Below, one piece after another: positions 23,621 through 32,220 of a stretch of DNA of 35,154 nucleotides (the stretch's first letter is position 1; each line of letters begins with the position of its first letter). The position numbers and the translations under genes are program-made. Below the pieces are notes generated by a model. It was not told the origin of the DNA and did not search any database. It saw only the letters and a list, made by a program, of their open reading frames with translations. Source of the DNA: a virus; the IMG/VR virus record IMGVR_UViG_3300033407_000076, positions 1-35,154 of that record; one strand, 5' to 3'.

Positions 23621-23776
23621 TTAGCCCTTTAGGTCAGTTGATTCATAGACCGAATGGCTGACACCACCAATGACGCCCGGAGTTGTCGTTACAGTTGCCC
23701 CAAATAGCTGATTTGGACATGTTGTTTTGCATGCAGTCAGAACAATCAGACACATCCCTACGATAATATTTCGCAC
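23621..23776 (-). CDS. Small lipoprotein (51 aa)
   Basis: GGAGGG lies 7 nt upstream of GTG 23776. 'MRNIIVGMCLIVLTAC|KTTC...' has the lipobox L-T-A-C. Stop lies 2 nt before the next ATG. Confidence 0.55.
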   Translation of the reverse strand: MRNIIVGMCLIVLTACKTTCPNQLFGATVTTTPGVIGGVSHSVYESTDLKG

Positions 23777-23830
23777 AATAGTGCCCTCCAAAAAACTGGA
23801 AGGTACTATATTTTTTATAAGAAAACTACA

Positions 23831-23858
23831 TTGACATCAAATCAATCATCCGTATAAT
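23831..23858 (+). promoter_or_regulatory. Near-consensus sigma70 promoter
   Basis: TTGACA (23831..23836), 16-nt spacer, TATAAT (23853..23858). Confidence 0.7.
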
Positions 23859-23887
23859 GCGCACTTTCGTTAACAAAGTCAGACAAA

Positions 23888-24112
23888 ATTATACTGAACA
23901 CACATTATTGGAAAAAAAGCAATCAAAGATACTATTCAGCGTATCTTAGCAAAGACCTTCTGGGGTGGTGGGTCGTCGAATGCGCATGGGGTGGTATCAA
24001 CTCAAAACTCGGTAACAAAAAAAAATATGCTTTTGAAAAAAAAATTGAAGCATCGCAATTTATTGATCAAATAATGAAAAAGCGTAAAAAAAGAGGGTAT
24101 TGTTTGACGTAA
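23888..24112 (+). CDS. WGR-domain protein (~74 aa) with no canonical start codon (ATT 23888 / ATA 23891 / CTG 23894 are candidates)
   Basis: 'IILNTHYWKKSNQRYYSAYLSKDLLGWWVVECAWGGINSKLGNKKKYAFEKKIEASQFIDQIMKKRKKRGY' follows the small bacterial WGR pattern (..RYY.l.i...LFG.w.l...WGRIG..G......f....eA......K.krGY). Frame is open from 23858 with no ATG/GTG/TTG. Confidence 0.55.
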   Translation: MILNTHYWKKSNQRYYSAYLSKDLLGWWVVECAWGGINSKLGNKKKYAFEKKIEASQFIDQIMKKRKKRGYCLT

Positions 24113-24114
24113 AA

Positions 24115-24134
24115 AAGGCCGCCGTAGCGGCCTT
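24115..24134. terminator. Bidirectional intrinsic terminator between convergent genes
   Basis: AAGGCCGC-cgta-GCGGCCTT: perfect 8-bp stem, flanked by A6 upstream and a T-rich tract downstream. Confidence 0.75.
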
Positions 24135-24146
24135 ATCTTAGTTTTA

Positions 24147-25478
24147 TCAGGCAATTGTCTGTGAAAATCTCAGCATGATTCCGTACCAGCTATAGTCACT
24201 GGTGGCAGCAGCATCAACCGTTACCTCAATTATGTATTTGCTATCTGCTGTTACGTCAAAAGCCGGACTGTCAACGGCCACATTGGTCAGGTATGGGTTG
24301 GCCTGCGTTGCGGTAGCAAGTGCACCAGTAATTGCGATGCTGTTTACAGATACCGCTGCATTGTCCGCATACTCAATCCGATCCAACGTTACTGAATGCG
24401 CCTCAAGTGCCAGAGTTGTTATCTGGTAAATAACATCAAAACTGTCCAGCCGGAAGCCCTTGGATGCTGCAGCGCGGATCATGGGCGAAATATCAATACC
24501 AATGACGGTAGTATCATCCCCTTGTGTTTTTACCTGCGCATAATTTCCTTGAGCAACGCGTGTGCGCGTCCATGTTCCTGAGGAATAGTTCAGTACATGC
24601 TGAAGTCCGACAAACTCCTGATGCGCAATGATGTTTGCCGCGCCCGTATCAAGCAGGAAGTTTGCTGTGGCTGCGCCGGAGTCAGGAATAGTAATAACCT
24701 GGTCCTGTCCAACAGATGCAGCATTACTGACTGTCGTATCAAAATCAGCTCCAGCATTAACAGCCAAAAACCTGAAATTTCCGTTGGCAGTCGTAGCAGG
24801 ATATAGTGTCAGTGATCCAGCTGTTCCGCCTGCTGCAAGTCCAGCCAATAATGAACCGCCATCGACCTGCAATCCACCTGATGTTATATGCTGTGTGCCG
24901 GCGCTGTCAGAAATGATGAATTCAGCAGTTGCCTGTCCGCCATCCGGAATGGAAATGACTGTAGCCTGGCCATGAGCTGCGTTTGATACAGTTACAGATG
25001 TATTGCCGGTATTGGCAATAGCTTTCAGGATCAGACTGCCTTTTGCAGCAGTAGTCGGGTACAGATTGAGGATTCCTTCCGTACCGCTTGCGCCAAGGGT
25101 CAGATCACCTAGGTTTGTCACATCAGCGGCAGCGCCTGAAAGCGTGCCAGTGGTGTTGGTGAAATGAGCAAGACGATTTGCAACGGTTGGCAACACAACG
25201 TCACCAGGGGATGCAGGTGGGACCAAAGACCATGCACCGGATGAATATGACACCTCGTACCAGCCGCACTCATTGGCAGCAGACGCGGATTCCTTGGTCA
25301 CAACAAGCGCCATGTCCCGCTCATCGAGGACAATGAGGCCCTTGTTGACGGCATTGGTGAGGTAACCAGCTGTGGTCACTGCTGCCACAGTATCATTGGT
25401 TTCAATGCGGATAATGCGGGGATAGATCCCAGACTGGCCGGGTTCATTCAACTGAATATTGAGGATCGCCATTTTCAA
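24147..25478 (-). CDS. Fibre/receptor-binding-like structural protein (443 aa) with internal tandem repeats
   Basis: Last gene of the late operon. Repeats 'LYPTTAAKGSLILKAIANTGNTSVTVSNAAHGQATVISIPDGGQATAEFII' and 'LYPATTANGNFRFLAVNAGADFDTTVSNAASVGQDQVITIPDSGAATANFLL'. Confidence 0.55.
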   Translation of the reverse strand: MKMAILNIQLNEPGQSGIYPRIIRIETNDTVAAVTTAGYLTNAVNKGLIVLDERDMALVVTKESASAANECGWYEVSYSSGAWSLVPPASPGDVVLPTVANRLAHFTNTTGTLSGAAADVTNLGDLTLGASGTEGILNLYPTTAAKGSLILKAIANTGNTSVTVSNAAHGQATVISIPDGGQATAEFIISDSAGTQHITSGGLQVDGGSLLAGLAAGGTAGSLTLYPATTANGNFRFLAVNAGADFDTTVSNAASVGQDQVITIPDSGAATANFLLDTGAANIIAHQEFVGLQHVLNYSSGTWTRTRVAQGNYAQVKTQGDDTTVIGIDISPMIRAAASKGFRLDSFDVIYQITTLALEAHSVTLDRIEYADNAAVSVNSIAITGALATATQANPYLTNVAVDSPAFDVTADSKYIIEVTVDAAATSDYSWYGIMLRFSQTIA

Positions 25479-25501
25479 GTCCTTTTGAAAAGTTTGTCAG
25501 T

Positions 25502-25762
25502 TTAGAGCTTTTTAACCATGTCCATGAGTTTACCATGGTCATCATTAATTTTCTTTTTCGGTGCCTTTTTCATCCCTTCGGACTCGTGGCGGCGCGCCAT
25601 CTTTTCCATGCCGACCTCTCCGTATGCGGCGCCTGCGGCCCTGCGTGGGTTGTATCCGGCCTTTTCCATAACCCGCTTGTTATATTCCATATTTGCGGGC
25701 TTTGCTGCGGCCTTTCCCTTTACCAGCATTCCCTTCATTTTCTCACTTTTTGCCTGTTTCAT
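25502..25762 (-). CDS. Small basic protein (86 aa)
   Basis: GGAGGG RBS. Lys/Ala/Met-rich. Confidence 0.5.
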   Translation of the reverse strand: MKQAKSEKMKGMLVKGKAAAKPANMEYNKRVMEKAGYNPRRAAGAAYGEVGMEKMARRHESEGMKKAPKKKINDDHGKLMDMVKKL

Positions 25763-25904
25763 CCTTTCCCTCCTTCTTCCTTGCCTTCTGTATGGTTATA
25801 GCGCGCTCCTGCGCCTGTGCAGACTCAAGGGAGGGATGTTCCCCAAGTTTCCGTGAGCCGTCCTTTGTGTAAAGAATATATCGCCGTCCCTGGCGTTTTA
25901 TCAC
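25743..25904 (-). CDS. Small protein (53 aa, GTG start)
   Basis: AGGTGG lies 5 nt upstream of GTG 25904, which immediately follows the upstream stop. 'RRYILYTKDGSRKLGEHPSLESAQAQERAI'. Confidence 0.4.
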   Translation of the reverse strand: MIKRQGRRYILYTKDGSRKLGEHPSLESAQAQERAITIQKARKKEGKDETGKK

Positions 25905-26174
25905 TTATGCCACCTTTTCTGCTTTGTCTTTATTGCGCTGTTCTAACTTCATATCTTCCATCTTTTTTTCTGATTGCTGTAAATTTGTTTTAAGGGCATT
26001 AACTTCATCAGTCAAATACTGCGTGTTTGCCTTCATCTGGAGGATAGTGCTTACCTGCTCGCCGATCGTCTGCTTTGCTGCAGACAGTTCATATCGCATT
26101 GCACGTATCATCTTTTCCTGCCGGCTTATTTTTTTTGTAAATTCCAGAGTTGTTTCTGTATCTTCTTTGCTCAT
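25905..26174 (-). CDS. Coiled-coil protein (89 aa)
   Basis: AAGGAAA RBS. Heptad-like charged sequence. Confidence 0.5.
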   Translation of the reverse strand: MSKEDTETTLEFTKKISRQEKMIRAMRYELSAAKQTIGEQVSTILQMKANTQYLTDEVNALKTNLQQSEKKMEDMKLEQRNKDKAEKVA

Positions 26175-26195
26175 AATTGTTTCCTTTGTTTATAT

Positions 26196-26414
26196 TTACT
26201 TTTTCTTGCGCATTTTCCCAAGTGTCTTGGCCAATTCTGCACGTTTTTCAGTCTTGGCGGAATACTTGCCTTTTTTATTGGATGCTACCTTGTCAACCCA
26301 TGAATCCTTGATGTCGCCTTTCTTTGTCAGCTCTCCGGCTTTTTTTGCTGTGGCAGTTAAAGATCCAGGTTTTTTGATGGCTTTTTGAATCCATTTTGAT
26401 GACTTCTTTTCCAT
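26196..26414 (-). CDS. Small basic protein (72 aa; DUF3008-like by memory)
   Basis: 'IQKAIKKPGSLTATAKKAG...' pattern. ATG 26414 lies 1 nt after the upstream TAA. Confidence 0.45.
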   Translation of the reverse strand: MEKKSSKWIQKAIKKPGSLTATAKKAGELTKKGDIKDSWVDKVASNKKGKYSAKTEKRAELAKTLGKMRKKK

Positions 26415-26415
26415 T

Positions 26416-26772
26416 TTATACCTGCTCCTGTTCCAACTGATCCAAATATTCACTAAAGGTCAAAGAAGGATTTGTTGATCTTTGTCTTATATAAGATGCA
26501 CGCATTGATAAATTCTTGCGGTATTGTGAGTCTCGTTCTCTTTTGCGTTCCACATCCACCATCTGTTCAACAGCATCAATCGTCACAGAATTGATCGTCG
26601 CAATATCTGGGCAAATCCCATTTGAATCTGGCCAATCCAGAAGAAACTCTCCTCTTATTACTGGATTGCTTACAATGTGTTCATTGTTATCATAAGGACG
26701 GACTGTCACAACGCATCCAGGAAGCAATACCCTGATTTTTTGAATGAATATATCCTGTGGCAATAGTTCCAT
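26416..26772 (-). CDS. Protein coupled to the long fibre gene (118 aa; possible fibre assembly factor)
   Basis: AAGGAGGG RBS. TAATG overlap with the stop of the 913-aa fibre gene. Confidence 0.5.
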   Translation of the reverse strand: MELLPQDIFIQKIRVLLPGCVVTVRPYDNNEHIVSNPVIRGEFLLDWPDSNGICPDIATINSVTIDAVEQMVDVERKRERDSQYRKNLSMRASYIRQRSTNPSLTFSEYLDQLEQEQV

Positions 26773-29513
26773 TATCGCACCCTCCTTGCACCTATATACC
26801 CATATGCCGAACACGTGGAAACAGTGAATCCCGCTGTGGTTCCAAGGTAAACAGTAGTTGTCGCAGACAGACTAATCCTTATAAACCCAGCCGGCATCAC
26901 AATGGTATCAGCGCCGGCCCCTCCTGAATTCAATCGTGTATATCCCCCACTATTTGGAATGGTTGGACCAGTTGCGGATGTGGTGGTGATGTAGCTGTTG
27001 AGATAAGCAACACTTGTTCCACCTCCCAACGCATAAGCAATATTTCCCCATACGTCCCAGTCTCCAGCTGTTAGGGAAATACTGGTTATATCTGCAGCTG
27101 TATTGTTTGTTAATGATACAGCACTTCCAACCAGTACAGTCGATTCCTGTAATTCCCCGACATCTCCAGCGTCTGCATTATCATTTGTCCCGGTTCCTTC
27201 GAGCGATACTCCACCAGTTCCCTGTCCGCCGAGGTGAAGAATGACATCGGTATCGCTGCCGGCCGCCCTGATGGTTGGGTCGCCTCCTGTGGCAGAATTA
27301 GCCATGGATACATAATTTACAGCCGATGTCGTCGTGCTGAATATGAGTTGTTCGTTGCCGTTTTCGTCAAGGATTCCATCAGTATCTGACACAACAATAT
27401 TGTTTGTCACAACAACATTGCCAGCCCCATCTGGAGTAATATTGATATCCCCATTTGTGTCAGTGCTTGAAATGGTATTTCCGTTGATATTCAGGTTATC
27501 AACATCAAGATCTCCAACGATATTGATTGAGCCGGCGCCATTTGTCGTAAACCCTGTATCACCACCAAATGCCCCAGCATTGTTATACTGGATCTGAGTG
27601 TTGCTACCACCGGCAGCTGCGCCGACAGTGGTATCTACATAGGCCTTGATGCTCTGTTGAGTGGCGAGTGCAGTATTACTGTCAGACACCATATTATCTT
27701 CATCAAGGATCGTTGTGACCCGTGAATTGGCTGCCCCAAGCTGTAATCCATTCTCATCAAATGATGCAATCTCAGTGGGTGTTTGTCCGCCATCAGATGA
27801 CAGATTTATACGCAGCTCGCCCGGCATGTCATTGGCGCCTGGAGTGCCATTTACATGCGTTGATATGCTCCCTGCAAGCGCATAGTCAGTTCCATCAAAC
27901 CCTGCAAAGAAAATGGATCCGATAACATCACCGCTTTGAACAACTGTTTCTGTACCATGAACTCCACGCGACCTTGAAAACAGCAATCCACTTCCCAAGC
28001 CTGCTGTGTCAGAATGCCTTGATCCAGCATAATTATATACATCTGATGATCCATTGGTGTCGCCAGCAAAATCTGTGGTATATGCAGTGCCATTTACCGT
28101 GATTGACGATTCGTCTCCGTCACCAACCACAACCGCAGTTGATGCAGTCAATTTTGCTATAGAAATTTCCCCGGAACTGTTCCAGCTATATATGGTTGTT
28201 GATGAAATTTGTATTTCATCAAGGATCGGGGTTGTTGCAAGTGTCGCCTGATTTCTTGTAACACGGATCAGGTATTCGCCACCTGTTCCGACTGCCCATC
28301 CTGCAAGGTCAGATGCAACCCATCCAATGTCACCTGATTGCCTCATCCCATCTGTAGAATCCGATGGTGTAAAAGATGCCCATGTGCCAACACCTGTTGA
28401 ATACTCAAATGTTGGCCGAACTCCTGGATTGCTTGCTGCTGTATCAATAATAATTTCAATCTGATCAAAGATCGCAGAACTTCCAATGGTAATAGTGTCT
28501 GAATTGGCAACAAGTACACTTACATTCCCAGCACCACCGCTTGATAATGCTGCAGTCTGGTCAACGGCATTAACAAGGATGCTGTCTGCATTTCCAAAGG
28601 TTCCGACTACCTGCCTTATCGGATTAACATTTATGCCTGTCCTCAAACCCCAGACAGCAGAACTTCCTCCACCTGTCTGGTCAACACGCAACCCTGACAG
28701 GTTTCCTCCAGTTGATCCTGAGTCATCTATATCTGCTGCGTATACTGAAGCATTTTCTCCAGCACCAGTGTTTGATGAATAGCCAACACGGAAAGCACTT
28801 GTTCCTGCAAATCCTGTAGCATCAAAAAATATATCATATGCGTGGTTACCCTCTGCAATTGCAGTATATGTCTGCAATACAGAAGAATTGATAATTACTT
28901 CACCATCGCCGTCTGGCTGCAATATAAGCGCGCCATCCGTATCTGTTGTGGATATTGTGTTGCCATCAATATTGATATTGTCAACATCGAGGTTTCCAAC
29001 AATATCAATTGCTCCTGCTCCATCAGTGGTAAACCCTGAATCCCCGTCAAGAGTTCCAGAGTTGTTGTATTGTATCTGCGTATCGCTTCCACCTGCAGCG
29101 CCAGGAACTGTTGAAATGTATGCGACAACAGATTCAGATGTGGGAATATTTGTGCTGCTTGCACTGGCCATTGTGTCATCATCAATAATTGCATCAATGC
29201 CAGTGGTTTCATTAAGGTAGAAAAGTCCTGCCCCTTTGGTATTTATGACAAGACCAATATCGGTTGAAGTGCCCAGCAGGTTTATTTCTGGATCTGTTCC
29301 ATTAAGGCCATTTACAAACTGGATGTAGTCAGTTGCTGATGCGCCGACAGTATCCCACTGGATCAGAAAATTGCCATTCCCATCCTTGATGCCTGTCGAC
29401 GGAAAATCAAACTTGTAATTTGATCCACCACGCAATCCCACAATAATGTCACCGACCTGCAGCTGATCACCGTCAGGAAAGGCAGTATTGTTGCTCCATT
29501 TTACTCCGGACAT
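26772..29513 (-). CDS. Long tail fibre protein (913 aa) with a duplicated ~65-aa module
   Basis: 'DTQIQYNNSGTLDGDSGFTTDGAGAIDIVGNLDVDNINIDGNTISTTDTDG' and 'NTQIQYNNAGAFGGDTGFTTNGAGSINIVGDLDVDNLNINGNTISSTDTNG'. Gly/Thr/Ser/Asn-rich. Confidence 0.7.
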   Translation of the reverse strand: MSGVKWSNNTAFPDGDQLQVGDIIVGLRGGSNYKFDFPSTGIKDGNGNFLIQWDTVGASATDYIQFVNGLNGTDPEINLLGTSTDIGLVINTKGAGLFYLNETTGIDAIIDDDTMASASSTNIPTSESVVAYISTVPGAAGGSDTQIQYNNSGTLDGDSGFTTDGAGAIDIVGNLDVDNINIDGNTISTTDTDGALILQPDGDGEVIINSSVLQTYTAIAEGNHAYDIFFDATGFAGTSAFRVGYSSNTGAGENASVYAADIDDSGSTGGNLSGLRVDQTGGGSSAVWGLRTGINVNPIRQVVGTFGNADSILVNAVDQTAALSSGGAGNVSVLVANSDTITIGSSAIFDQIEIIIDTAASNPGVRPTFEYSTGVGTWASFTPSDSTDGMRQSGDIGWVASDLAGWAVGTGGEYLIRVTRNQATLATTPILDEIQISSTTIYSWNSSGEISIAKLTASTAVVVGDGDESSITVNGTAYTTDFAGDTNGSSDVYNYAGSRHSDTAGLGSGLLFSRSRGVHGTETVVQSGDVIGSIFFAGFDGTDYALAGSISTHVNGTPGANDMPGELRINLSSDGGQTPTEIASFDENGLQLGAANSRVTTILDEDNMVSDSNTALATQQSIKAYVDTTVGAAAGGSNTQIQYNNAGAFGGDTGFTTNGAGSINIVGDLDVDNLNINGNTISSTDTNGDINITPDGAGNVVVTNNIVVSDTDGILDENGNEQLIFSTTTSAVNYVSMANSATGGDPTIRAAGSDTDVILHLGGQGTGGVSLEGTGTNDNADAGDVGELQESTVLVGSAVSLTNNTAADITSISLTAGDWDVWGNIAYALGGGTSVAYLNSYITTTSATGPTIPNSGGYTRLNSGGAGADTIVMPAGFIRISLSATTTVYLGTTAGFTVSTCSAYGYIGARRVR

Positions 29514-29520
29514 GGCATCC

Positions 29521-29868
29521 CTACCTTATGGCATAGAATACAACGCTGACATCAATATCAGTCCCTGCAGTGATGAAGTGCAAAACATCATCAGCCTTTA
29601 CCTCACGGCATAAAACGCCATTTACAGGAATTAATTCACTCGATATAGCACCAAAGTTTGCCCCTGCAGGAACAGCTGCAGTGGCACCATTTGCCACCCA
29701 GACCATTGCATTGGCCTCTGCCTTCATGACAGCCTTATATCTTGGCGATTTACCAGGGACTGTCAGGGTCTTGTCGGTGGATGCCGGCAATGTTGCACTG
29801 TATTTTATGGCAGAAAAGGTCAGGCCAAAGTCGTCATTTTGTTGCAATGATGTATATGGGACGTCCAT
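29521..29868 (-). CDS. Small structural protein (115 aa)
   Basis: Lies between two fibre-like genes. Beta-type sequence. Confidence 0.5.
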   Translation of the reverse strand: MDVPYTSLQQNDDFGLTFSAIKYSATLPASTDKTLTVPGKSPRYKAVMKAEANAMVWVANGATAAVPAGANFGAISSELIPVNGVLCREVKADDVLHFITAGTDIDVSVVFYAIR

Positions 29869-29902
29869 GTATAATTCCTTTTTATAAATCCATTAATCCA
29901 TT

Positions 29903-32077
29903 TTAGACACCAAGTCTTGCGTCTGCCACATAATGGAATAGCAAGTATGCCTCATTATATGTTGTTCCTCCGGTATTGGTTGGTCCAACAATGGCGCTGG
30001 CGCTTGCTGTGGTATAAAACGCAGCATCAAGGCCAATATATCCACTCGTCCAATTGCCAGCCAGTGTCACCTCAGCATTAGTGACCGCTCCCGCATCAGC
30101 TCGGGTATACCCAGCCAATCGTGCTGCTGTTGCCCCCAATGTTGAATAAAACGTGATTGTTGGCGTGCCACGCTTTTCTGTCTTGTACCTAAAAGAAAAG
30201 TTTTTTGCCACAAGCGAGAGGTTAGGGGCCGAATAAGCTGCAAATTGATCTGCAAATACAGCATTAGTGGTTGTAGCCGTGCCAGTTGCGGTGGATCTTT
30301 CGTAGCTCCTCTCATAGTAATACTCGCACTCCTGCATAACCTGATCTGGCGTTTGATAAGCAGGGCGCGTGGGGATTTCTCCTTGAACCACAGATATTGA
30401 GTCAAAAGTAATCACTGACCCAGACGATGGAACCACGCAAGTAACCACTATGGCAAATTTGTCTGTATCGCCAATCTGAGTATTGTCTGTTATTTCCCAC
30501 CCACTGAAGCCATAATCTGTTCCAGTATTGATGTCAGAGTTGTTTGTGATCTCTTTTAATACAGCAGTAGCTACTGGGAGATTGCTGCGTGGTATTTCAG
30601 TCCAATTGGCCGACAAAGAACCAAACGTGCCATCAGATGAAAGGGTGCCAATAATGGTGGGAAGCGTTGGAAAAGTTGCAGCGCTTCTGCCACTTATAAG
30701 ATATACCCGGATGGTTGCATCCGATCCAGCAGCTGTTTTCCAGCCATTAACATTAACACTCAAATTGGTCCCGACTATATTTTTTGCCACCCGGGAGTCA
30801 AGGTATTGCATTAGCAAAAAAGTTTGATTGTCAGCAGCGGTTGTCAGCTGTATTCCGTTAGTTATGGAATTTCTGGCATAAGCCAAATTGCCAGCCAAAG
30901 ATTGTGCAATAGTTTGATCCCAGATATAGGCCGTATTTGCTGCACCAGCTGTTAATGTGCCAGTTACACCAAGCTGAGCTGGATTCAGGGTAAAATCCCA
31001 CCCAACCAGAAAGCTGGGCAGCGGTTTATATTCCAGTTTCGGGATGTACCAGTCGCCCATCAGGGCCTGTTCGCGGTTGGCTGTTTGTTCCTGAAACTCG
31101 TTCACATCTTGGGCAATTTCAGCGTCCGATACAACCAACTGCAGGCTTGTAATGTCTGTGGTGTTCTCAAGAGGTAGGTCAATAACAATATCAACATACG
31201 CATCAGATCCACTGGCAGTATTGCTTGAATTGCCAAGCTGTATACTCCCGCCGTAATCATCCCACCCTGTGGTTAAAGATGCGCTGAAAATATCTACATC
31301 GGAGGTGGCTCCTGATGAATCCTTATAGGTCATCGTCAGCCCATTATTGCCGGATCCAGTTTTGGCAACCACAAACCCGGTCAAAAACTTTCCAGACCAA
31401 ACGCCTGAATTTTTATTAAACCGCTGGCGCAAATAGACAGATGTAATCCCCACTCCAGCCGTCACTGATATGTAATATGGGGGATATGTGGGAATCGCGT
31501 CATTCCCCGCAACTGCCGTCCTCTGTATATTTACTGTCCCGCTTCCACTGGCTACCAAATCCCAGTCCGGGGCAATGGGAAATACGTCATCGGTCCCGGT
31601 TACGGTCAGATCACGCTCTGCGTCGTCCAAGAGGTAACGGGTAAATTGAGGGTTGGCCAACTGGTTATTATTTCCGCTGGCATTATCATCAACTGGATCA
31701 TTGGTGTCGGTAAGGTTGGGCACAGCTTCGCGGGTCCACTGCTCAGTGCCATCGCTGTTCTTGCAGACAATATAGTACAAATCAAGGTCAAGCTCGCCAC
31801 TGGCTGCGTTTTCCTGGTATGGATAAGCATAAATGGCCACGTTGTCATTACTGGCGTTTTCAGCCGTTCCAACAGCGCTCAGGGTAACGGGATTTGGCAG
31901 GGCAGTATATGAGTATACCCCCCCTGATTTTGTAAGCTCATAGACCGTTTTTGGCGTATTTCTGGCGGTGTCGCGGTAGAACTCCAAGGTACCGTTCGCC
32001 AATGGCTCGCCTGAATCCTTGTCAACGAAATACTCGTTTAAAAGGGTGAGGGCTATATATTTTTCGTCCAAAGCCAT
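29903..32077 (-). CDS. Tail fibre/spike-like protein (724 aa)
   Basis: Thr/Ser/Gly/Ala/Asn-rich. C-terminus '...YLLFHYVADARLGV' resembles fibre-tip endings (W/Y.ADAeL). Confidence 0.6.
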   Translation of the reverse strand: MALDEKYIALTLLNEYFVDKDSGEPLANGTLEFYRDTARNTPKTVYELTKSGGVYSYTALPNPVTLSAVGTAENASNDNVAIYAYPYQENAASGELDLDLYYIVCKNSDGTEQWTREAVPNLTDTNDPVDDNASGNNNQLANPQFTRYLLDDAERDLTVTGTDDVFPIAPDWDLVASGSGTVNIQRTAVAGNDAIPTYPPYYISVTAGVGITSVYLRQRFNKNSGVWSGKFLTGFVVAKTGSGNNGLTMTYKDSSGATSDVDIFSASLTTGWDDYGGSIQLGNSSNTASGSDAYVDIVIDLPLENTTDITSLQLVVSDAEIAQDVNEFQEQTANREQALMGDWYIPKLEYKPLPSFLVGWDFTLNPAQLGVTGTLTAGAANTAYIWDQTIAQSLAGNLAYARNSITNGIQLTTAADNQTFLLMQYLDSRVAKNIVGTNLSVNVNGWKTAAGSDATIRVYLISGRSAATFPTLPTIIGTLSSDGTFGSLSANWTEIPRSNLPVATAVLKEITNNSDINTGTDYGFSGWEITDNTQIGDTDKFAIVVTCVVPSSGSVITFDSISVVQGEIPTRPAYQTPDQVMQECEYYYERSYERSTATGTATTTNAVFADQFAAYSAPNLSLVAKNFSFRYKTEKRGTPTITFYSTLGATAARLAGYTRADAGAVTNAEVTLAGNWTSGYIGLDAAFYTTASASAIVGPTNTGGTTYNEAYLLFHYVADARLGV

Positions 32078-32220
32078 TACATATGTCCTTTTTGTGGTAT
32101 ACTGTCACTATTATGTTCATAATTTGACAATATGGTGACCCATGTATGTTCCAACAATAATACTGGTCTGGCTTGTGCTTTGCGCATTAGCAGACTGAGC
32201 AAATTTATGCAGCGTTCCAT
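32077..32220 (-). CDS. Micro-ORF (47 aa) coupled at both ends by TAATG overlaps
   Basis: ATG 32220 shares its A with the TAA of the 600-aa gene. Its own TAA (32079..32077) shares its A with ATG 32077 of the 724-aa gene. Confidence 0.35.
   Translation of the reverse strand: MERCINLLSLLMRKAQARPVLLLEHTWVTILSNYEHNSDSIPQKGHM

Noticed and set aside
23857-23949. 30-codon ATG ORF that could feed into the WGR frame by a frameshift at the A7 run (23912..23918)
   Set aside because: The ATG lies inside the -10 hexamer, so it would be missing from that promoter's transcript. Reaching the WGR frame needs a +1 shift, not the -1 shift favoured at A_AAA_AAG. The WGR frame itself already encodes the complete N-terminal part of the domain.
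27400-29084. Fibre-gene internal repeats as a possible diversity-generating retroelement (TR/VR pair)
   Set aside because: The genome has no reverse transcriptase. Both copies are coding, and the differences are spread over all base types rather than confined to adenines.
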